DNA of 64,000 nucleotides from the human T2T-CHM13v2.0 reference genome, Homo sapiens: NCBI RefSeq assembly GCF_009914755.1, contig NC_060928.1. One strand, 5' to 3'. The translations under genes and the position numbers were made by a program. Position 1 is the first letter of the stretch. Each line of letters starts with the position of its first letter. Below, in pieces: positions 55,527 to 64,000 of the stretch. The notes under the pieces were generated by a model, which saw nothing but the letters and a program-made list of their open reading frames with translations, was not told where the DNA came from and made no database searches.

Positions 55527-56497
55527 GTTATCAAGTGAAGGGCTCTGGTCCATTGAAGCAAGAGTTTCAGACAAATTTTGGTGGACTTTGTAGTTTTTTT
55601 GAAGTCCATCAGTTAGTGACCACCAGAAACATGCATGTAGTCAAACAAATATAGATTTATTAACTTGCCATAGAAAACAAGAATTGATCAGAGAAACGAT
55701 AAAGTGTTTCAGTAAGAGGGAGTTATGAGATATTTATTACAGATGATGATTTATCATAGGCAGTTTTTTTAAAGTTCAAAGGAAAGTTTGTCTTGTATTG
55801 AGACCAATCGGCAATTGTAATAAATAGGAGACTGGAGGTCTTAACAATTTTTAGGAAGAGGCAGAAGGAACAACCTAGGACAATAGTTTTTACAAGAAAT
55901 GGAAGAGTAGTCATGCATGTCAGCTGGAAGAGAGGTTTATTTGATTATTTACATAATGGCATCTATCCTTGTTTCTGTGTTCAGATGGGATTAAAGAGTA
56001 ATTTTGCCTGGCTGGGCCTGGTGGCTCACGCCTGTAATTTCACCACTTTGGGAGGCCGTGGCAGTCGGATCACCTGAGGTCAGGAGTTCAAGACCAGCCT
56101 GGCCAACATGGTGAAGCCCCATCTCTACTAAAAATACAAAAATTTAGCCGGGAGTGGTGGAATCCACCTGTAATCCCAGCTACTCAGGAAGCTGAGGCAG
56201 GAGAATTGCTTGAATCTCGGAGGCGTAGGTTGCAGTCAGCCAAGATCGTGCCACTGCACTTCAGCCTGGGGTGACAGAGCAAGACTCTGTCTCAAAACAA
56301 AACAAGAAAAAAGAGTCATTTTGCTTTTATCTTATTCTACCGTGGTCAAAATGAGTCTGTCTGATTATTGTTGATCTTCTTCAGAAACATTTTTAGATCA
56401 AGAAGAACATCATGGCCTAGCTGTTGGTTGCCAAAGGCCAGCAGTTGGCCATCATGGCACTGTTGTTGCTATTGTTCTTTGTTTGTTTCCCTTCTCA
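55527..56497 (-). mobile_element. ERV1 LTR (MER89/MER90/MER110-like), interrupted by an Alu
   Basis: Reverse complement starts 'tgagaag...acagctaggccatgatgttc...atcagacagactcattttgaccacgg' and contains 'aataaatctatatttgtttgactacatgcatgtttctggtggtc' near its 3' end. Confidence 0.6.
56009..56311 (+). mobile_element. AluSx-like
   Basis: Dimer; TSD 'aaagagtaattttgc'/'aaagagtcattttgc'. Confidence 0.96.
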
Positions 56498-56929
56498 GTA
56501 TTGGTATTCTCCAACTATGAAATGTGTTTCAGTAAAATATGTTGGCTTAAATGGCAACTAGATTAATTAGTGAAGAGATAAAAGATTCAGGTATAAGATG
56601 GATAAGGGAAAATAAAATCCTATGGTTTTTTTACTTAAGAGTATCAGTATAAACTTACAATGTATTTAAAGTTTTTAAAAATGCATATTTCATAGTTTAT
56701 CCACTCTATAGGAACAGAAACAAGGGTCAGGTCAGCTTCAGCACCTTTAGTGGTCAGGTTCTGGTCTTCATATGCCATTTTCCAATTACCAGAACCAGGG
56801 GTCCTTTGAGATATGGTTGACTCTAGACCTGGGGCAGAAAATAAACAAGAAAAACATTGAATTTCTTGTCATATCACAAGCAAAGATGCTCTCAATTACA
56901 AGTGAGGATGTGTCAAAAAAAAACCTCAT

Positions 56930-59440
56930 TTTTAATTGACTATGACCAATGAAAGCACAATTGAGCATCAGATTTCAGATCCTTGACATACAATCCTCTC
57001 CCAGAAGTTAAACCAGATCAATGGTTGTATTAATTAGCCTTGCATAGCCTTCCAGTTAGAAACAGATAACTGAATTTAATACTCCTCCACTCAATATGTT
57101 TTATTATGCTCTGGTCTGGGTTTGCTTATTTTGAGAATAGACTGAGGCTTTTTACTGATGGAGAGCCACGTTTCACTGAATGCTTATTAAAGAACTTTCC
57201 AAAGCTTTGCCTTTTAACCCAAAGACTTCAGCTTCCATGCTAAATCATCAGAAAAAATAAAGCACACACACAATAGATTTAAACTAAAATCTGACAGCGT
57301 TCTTGAGTGCTGTGGAACTCTTTTGGCCTAAACCTGTTGACATAAGCTCTTCCTTTATGAGTTAATGCACCTTGAATTTGGGGATTTCAATCTAAATATT
57401 TGTCTGCCCTAATGCAAAGTGGTATGGCTAAATACTGTGAAATATTCATACACTTTATACAGATTTATAATCACCAGGTAGAAAAACCATTTACAAGACA
57501 TTCAAAATATCTTCTTAAGTAGATTTTGCATAGCCTGAAATAAAAAGATTTAGTCTTCTGATAGAGACATCCCAGAGTGCCACTAAGTCTCAGTGGAAAA
57601 CACCTCATTAGGAACTCTTAAAAACTATCACAAACAATAAAACCCCAAGAGGTTGATCCCTGGATTCATGTTTCTTCATCAAAAGGCATTTGCTCTCCTC
57701 TACAGATCATTGTATTCCATTCTTTCATGAAATATTAAGATGAGGATTCTTAGGAACCTTCCAGAATATGTTTCTGGAATCTTCCAGAAGCATATGAACT
57801 TTAGAAGAGAAAAGCTAAACCAGGATCCTTATACCAAGCAGATGTTGAAATGAGGTCTACAACACCTGAGATGATGGAAACAGATTAATTTTCTGACATA
57901 TTTTCTCCTGTTAATTTTTTTCCTTTTGGTTTACCACTTATCTATTATCATTCAGTGGTATCCCTCAGCAACCTCCTGAAGTTTTTAAAAATATGCTTGC
58001 ACCTATATTTATCTCTTTATTTTGAATCCTCTGTGGTGTTCTTCTACTATCTAAGAAAAGGCAAGACTCATATGCACTTTTCCACAACCACAGCTACTAC
58101 TCTGAATTCAAATAATTACTGAATTTGTCATCCCTTATTTGATGACCTCTGACAAAATTTAATTCTGATAAGGTCTTAGAAGTTAGATTTCTCTGATATT
58201 CTCTCTCTAAATTTTATATTTCCCTAACATTATTAATCCAATGCTTTACTATTATCAACATTTTATTTTGACTATACGTAGATAAAATATTTCTACAGAA
58301 ATCATTACAGCAAACCAGACCAGACTAACCAGCAGTAGAAACACAGATTGATTAATTCTGTCAGATCCACTCTGTTAACTCCAGATCCTTTTTTAAAACT
58401 TTTATTTTAGATTCAGGGGTACATGTGCAAGTTTGCTATATAGGTAAACTCATGTCACGAGGGTTTGTTGTACAAATTATTTTGTCACCTAAGTGTTGAG
58501 CCTAGTACACGTTAGTTATTCTTCCTGATCCTCTCCCTCCTTCCACCTTTCACCCTCTCATAGGCTCCAGTGTCTATTGTTTCCCTCTATGTGTCCGTAT
58601 CTTCTCATCATTTAACTCCCACTTATTAGTGAAGAGGACATAGTATTTAGTTTTCTGTTCTTGTGTTAGTTTGCTAAGAATACTGGCCTCCAGCTCCATC
58701 CATGTTCCTGCAAAGGACATGATGTCATTTTTTTTAGGACTACATAGTATACCATGGTGTATATGTACCACATTTTCTTTATCCAGTCTACCACTACCAT
58801 TGATGGACATTTATTGATTCTTTGTCTTTGCTATTGTGAATAGTGCTGCAATGAACATTGGCATGCATGTGTCTTTATAACAGAAGGATCTATAATCCTT
58901 TGGGTATATACCCAGTAATGGGATTGCTGGGTTGAATGATAAGAATTCTTTTCAGTAACTAATCGCCTTCACTCAGAAAATCTACCTGTTTTAAGAGACC
59001 AATATTTACCTCACTACTCTTAATGACAAATATAATCACGCTCCCAATACCATCTGAGGCCCACTAACACACTAAGGTACTACTTCTCTGGTAGACAATA
59101 TTTCTGCATCAAGTAGTTAAACTTTATTTGCCTATGTGCTTTCATAAACAATTACAGAGAGAAAAATAGGTAATAAGACAGATACACTGGTAGATGAAGA
59201 GAGATAAGGATTATAGATAATCATATTTTGGTAAAATATCCATGATGAGATGAAAGGAAATGTCCACCTGTCTCTCTAGAACTGACCCCCATGAATGTGG
59301 GATGTGTTTAGGTTTTCATGACTTGGCTTTCAGGCCCTTATTTACAGTCTACTGTGAATCCTAATAACCATTTTATTGAAGCATTTGCCTGCATTGGTTC
59401 GTGCATTTTTTTTCAAGAGTCTTAAAGGCTAGTAGTTGTC
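56930..59440 (+). mobile_element. decayed ERV1 (gammaretrovirus-like) internal region: integrase and env remnants, interrupted by L1PA
   Basis: Scattered codon-level motifs: EAF (57144), SSEKIKHT resembling SSGKVERT (57245-57268), DPWIHVS (57655-57675), env CWIC-like 'tac tga att tgt cat ccc' (58117-58134), env-end-like 'gtgcattttttttcaagagtcttaaa' (~59400). No open frame remains. Confidence 0.6.
58389..58941 (-). mobile_element. L1PA (L1PA13-15-like) 3' fragment
   Basis: 'acttttattttagattcaggggtacatgtgc...ccagctccatccatgttcctgcaaaggacatgat...tttgggtatatacccagtaatgggattgctggg'. Confidence 0.93.
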
Positions 59441-59494
59441 AACAACTGTGAATAATCTCAGATTTACTCCCACCTCAAGTTAGCAAGCTAGCTT

Positions 59495-60090
59495 GCCACA
59501 GTTTTGTGGACACTGGCAGAACACAGGAGACTTCTTAGTCACAAATGAAGAGCTCTTTACTCATAGCACAACAAATAGAAAAAGTTTCATATCCACATCA
59601 GTTCTCTTTGCATCTCAAGCTACAGAGGTAAGCCCACATGGATGTGACACAGGCTTTTGGTTTCCATCACAGCTGAAAAATCTTGAGTTGGGGAAACACC
59701 AAACTTTTATAGAGGCTGCAAGTAAACCTTTCCAAACTCTGCTTCAGAAGAAGACATTATCTTTCTTCTACTGTATAGAAAAAACAAATCCTCATTCTGC
59801 TATGAAGGTGGATACTATGTTTATATATCCAGGCATTTTGCTAGAAAAGTATCCTTTAAAATAAAGTGCAAGACATACAAAATGACAAAAGTTGTCCATG
59901 CCTCTTCTTGTGTGCATGCAGAAAGCAAGGGTCCCATGGAGCACAAGTGTTGTTTCCCAACACTTTTGTGATGCTGTCATGGGACACTATTCAAAACATA
60001 ATCCTGCAGCAAAAGAAATGATAACATGTAATTGTCCCAACTGCAGAAGTTCCCTGAACAATCCGTAAACCATAACATTTGGGGAACATT
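59495..60090 (-). mobile_element. ERVL-type LTR (MER76-like)
   Basis: 'tgccacagttttgtggacactggcagaacacaggagactt...tttactcatagcac...cttttatagaggctgcaagtaaacc'; subfamily tentative. Confidence 0.45.
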
Positions 60091-60172
60091 GCAGAATTGA
60101 ACACTACATACAGATTATTGTCCTCTGGCCTTGCTTCATATATCTTTGCTTAAGGCAGGAATAATGGGAGAC

Positions 60173-61524
60173 GGAGAACTAACAGATGGCAGATGGAAAC
60201 TAAGGGGTAGACCATGATGTTTCTTTTTGAGCAGAAGCAATTTCCAGAGGACATTAACAAAAATGAGACAGGGTCACTCCTTGACTATGGAAGAACAACA
60301 TAGAAACAAGATCACTCTGTAATCACATCTAAACTGATCCCTATACAATCAATTTGACAACCTAATCTTTTCCTCTTTCAGCTCATATGAGTTACTATAG
60401 TTTTAGTAACAATGATAAGCTTAGCTCACCTATATTTCTCTAGTCTTTTAATAAAATATATTAAGACAATCAATCACTGAATTGTCCCAGTGTGATAGCA
60501 ACTGATTTATTTTCTTGGACTCCATCCCAAAATTTTTAATAAAAGCCCCAATCGCATAATAAACACTTCCCACCTCCCTTACTGAGATGCTCCATAGGTC
60601 CTCTACTTCTTTGCTGTAGAAATTTATTTATTTATTTAGTTGGTTGCTTTTAAATTTTGTGAGTACATAGTAGATATATATTTATGGGGTACATAAGATG
60701 TTTTCATGCAGGTATGCAATGCAGAATAATAATCACATCATAGAGAATGGGTTATCATCCCCTCAAGCATTAATCCTTTGTGTTACATCAATCCAATTAT
60801 ACTCGTTTAGCCATTGAAAAATATACAATTAAATTATTATTGCTAGAGTAACCTGTTGGGTTATCAAATAAAAGGTCCTATTTATTCTTTCTAGTTACAT
60901 TTTATATCCATTAATCACCCTCATTTCCACCGCAAACATCCCCTGTCCCACTGCCCTTCCCAGCCTCTGATAACCATCCTTCTACACTCTATGTCCATGC
61001 CTTCAATTGTCTTGATTTTTAGATCCCACATATAAATGAGAGAACGCAATGTTTGTCTTTCTGTGCCCGGCTTATTTCACTTAATGATCTCCAGTTCCAT
61101 CTATGTTGTTGGAAATGACAGGATCTCATTCTTTTTTATGGCTCAATAGTACGCCATTGTTTGTGTGTAGCAAATTGTCTTCATCTGTTCATCTGTTGAT
61201 GGACACTTACGTTGCTTCCAAATCCTGGCTACTGTGAACAGTACTGCAACAAGCATGGGAGGACAGATAACTCTTTGATATATCAATTTGCTTTCTTTTG
61301 GGTATATAGCTAACAGTGGGTAGCTCTATTTTTAGTGTTTTGAGGAACCTCCATACTATTCTCTGCAGTGGTTTTACTAATTTACATTCCCACCAACAGT
61401 GTACAAACTTTCCCTTTTCTTCACATCCTTGCCAGGATACTGTTACAATTTAATAAGCCTTGTTTTGTTTGAATTTAGGTATATTCTTGGTGAAGTTTGT
61501 CTAGCTGGCTTCAAAATATCAACA
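60173..61524 (+). mobile_element. ERV1 LTR (MER89/90/110-like), probable 3' LTR of the internal remnant, split by L1MA
   Basis: Follows a purine-rich tract; 'tagaccatgatgtttc...gagacagggtcactccttgactatgg...aacaagatcactctgtaatcac'; resumes after the L1 as 'aataagccttgttttgtttgaatttaggtatattcttggtg...atcaaca'. Confidence 0.55.
60622..61440 (-). mobile_element. L1MA (L1MA2/3-like) 3' fragment
   Basis: 'gtacatagtagatatatatttatggggtacat...catcccctcaagcat...ccagttccatctatgttgttggaaatgacaggatctcattc...ttgaggaacctccatact...ttacattcccaccaacagtgtac'. Confidence 0.9.
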
Positions 61525-62152
61525 CTCTCAGTGACAATACGATTACTAACCTGCATTGAGATTAATTTTTTAATTTGCATTTTGAGTATTTTGCTTCTCA
61601 GTGTATACATCTCTGTGGATATCATGTCATTTTACTGGTTTACTTAAGTGATCTGACATAGTTCATTTCTGTATGATTATGCCACTAGCTTCATATATAG
61701 TTGGTTCCTTAGTTGCATTTGCTTTTAATTTGCAGGGATTGCTTTTGCAAAATAAATTAATGTTGTGTTATAATTTTATAAAACATTACTATGGTTCCTA
61801 AAACAAATCTAAAAACAAATAAGTTCTGAAACATAAATCATATTTTGTGCCCTTTATCTAGTTTCCTCCTTTCTCCATATGTAGGAATGGTAGCATATTA
61901 GATGCCATTTTGTCCATTGTGCATGTTTTAACTTATCTTCTGGTCATCATTCTAGAAGTATTTCACAGTGATGTTTAGAACTTCAAAGCACACTACTTGG
62001 TTTTCTATAGAGTTCCGTGGTTTATTTAATCAGATTTTTAATGCTGGACAATCAGTTATTTCCTACGTTTTGCTACACAATTAGTGCTGCAGCAAAGACT
62101 GTGCATATGTCTATATATTGTTACAGGTTAATCTTCAAAATAGAATTAACTA

Positions 62153-62455
<303 letters not shown>

Positions 62456-63343
62456 GCAGTGAACTTGAGAAAATAGTATACATGAAAGTTGAGGATCTGA
62501 GAAATCATTGCCTCAAAACTATTTAAATCCACATTCCTTAAGGAAAGTCTTCATGAATTGCCAGATTACACTTACTAAACTCTGCACAACTTGGTTTGTC
62601 AACTGAAAAGAGATAAGTTCTTTGGAAAAATCTAAAAGGCTGAACATCCCAGATCATGATAAAGTGGCACCAGGCAAGAAACAGAGCAGTAAGAACAAAG
62701 ACAGAGCCTGTCAAGCTGCTGGACGTGGCCTCATTGATGTTCCATTATGTTTTCCAATTGTTCGAACAGGTTGTTGCCAGCTTGCTTGGGATCAGTCCCT
62801 CATGGGGGACTGATCATGCTCACTGTGATCATTTTCAGTGACTCAGGCAGACTTCTTCCAGTCCTGATGAGGATCCAAAAAAAATAAAAATGAAATCCCC
62901 AACTCAATGTTTAAAAAAACAGGGTTCAAAGGAAAGTAAGTTAAGAAGGAAAATGTAAGAGACTCTAAATTTAGAGCAAATGAAGTTCTAGTGTCTGGGA
63001 TTAGCAAAGACTAAATTTTCTACAGGCTGGCTGTTTTCTTTTCACATGCCACCTCTGTAAGGTGTCAATTATATAGATGACTTTTATCTCTTGAAGCTGG
63101 GGTCTAATATCTAATTGAAGTCTGCTGACTAATTGACAGTTTTGTTTTATGAAAGAAATAGAAATAATCTCAGATAAAATGTAATAAATAAATACCAAAA
63201 ATCCTTCTTACAATTTGGTCTACATTGCAAAACTATTAAAGATGAATTGATTTCCATTTTCTTGCTACTATAAGTGTGAATGCTTTTGTATTTATTAAGA
63301 ATATGGAATATTACTTATAATTTATTTTTCATATGTAATGAAT

Positions 63344-63719
63344 TGATATGTTTTGACTGTGTCCCTACCCAAAATCTCATCTTGAAGTGTAATCTCCATA
63401 ATCCCCATGTGTCAAGGGTGGGACCAGGTGGAGGTAATTGAATCGTGGGAGTGGTTTCCCCCATGCTGTTCTCATGATAGTGAGTGAGTCTCACAAGATC
63501 TGATGATTTTATAATCATCTGGCATTTCCCCCGCTTACACTCACTCCATCCTATCACTCTGTGAAGAAAGTCCCTGCTTCTCCTTTGCCTTCTACCATGA
63601 TTGTACGTTTCCTGAGGCCTCCCCAGCCATGCAGAACTAAGAGTCAATTAAATATCTTTCTTTATAAAGTACCCAGTCTTGGGTATTTCTTTGTAGTAGC
63701 GTGAGAACGGACTAATATA
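63344..63719 (+). mobile_element. THE1C-like MaLR solo LTR, full length
   Basis: 'tgatatgttttgactgtgtccctacccaaaatctcatcttgaa...catctggcatttcccc...cctgaggcctccccagccatg...gtgagaacggactaatata'; perfect 5-bp TSD 'tgaat' (63339-43, 63720-24). Confidence 0.95.
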
Positions 63720-64000
63720 TGAATGTTAACATTCCTCTTTTTTTTTGCTTGATAAAGCCTTTATGTATCTTTTAAGTATCAAATAGTATTTCTTAGAAGC
63801 CTTCTGAAAATATTATGCCTGAATATTGATGCTATACAAAGAGATAATAATGTCTCCTTTGAGAATTTATGTTCACAAGGCATCCCTCACAAGAATTTGA
63901 AGCCTTATTTTGTATACCTATGTAAAATACTTTAATTTAAGTGATATTAGAGTAATATGTCCACCCCCAGGGAAAGTGACAAAAAGAAAATTCAAACAAT

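Noticed and set aside
62790-62815. Hairpin gatcagtccc-tcatgg-gggactgatc
   Set aside because: A single 10-bp stem is about what chance gives in 64 kb; too short for a pre-miRNA and no other support.

Overview
Primate (very probably human) genomic DNA: AT-rich, CpG-poor, with no CpG island and no recognisable protein-coding exon, tRNA, rRNA or CRISPR array. It reads as an intergenic region or the interior of a very long intron. Much of it is interspersed repeat: about 19 Alu copies (J, S and Y, two of them strongly 5'-truncated), 3' fragments of L1PA/L1PB/L1MA/L1MB, L2 and MIR relics, MaLR LTRs (THE1, MST, MLT1), ERVL LTRs (MLT2 and others), the DNA transposons MER82 and MER20, and a decayed ERV1 internal region with integrase and env motifs. 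The ORFs I could trace fall in repeats or low-complexity DNA, and none of the rest looks like a real protein. I found no convincing new biological system. The best observations are structural: (i) a TSD-flanked, polyadenylated ~970-bp insertion that looks like an L1 3' transduction (7866-8854); (ii) a near-perfect 147-bp tandem duplication (51980-52273); (iii) a three-copy local duplication with palindromes and fold-backs (52860-55501); (iv) templated-insertion scars inside an L1 and an LTR; (v) a ~380-bp TA/CA array grown from an AluY tail; (vi) candidate AG|GTRAG recursive splice motifs. Subfamily names come from remembered consensus features, not from a RepeatMasker run, and boundaries of the old repeats are approximate.
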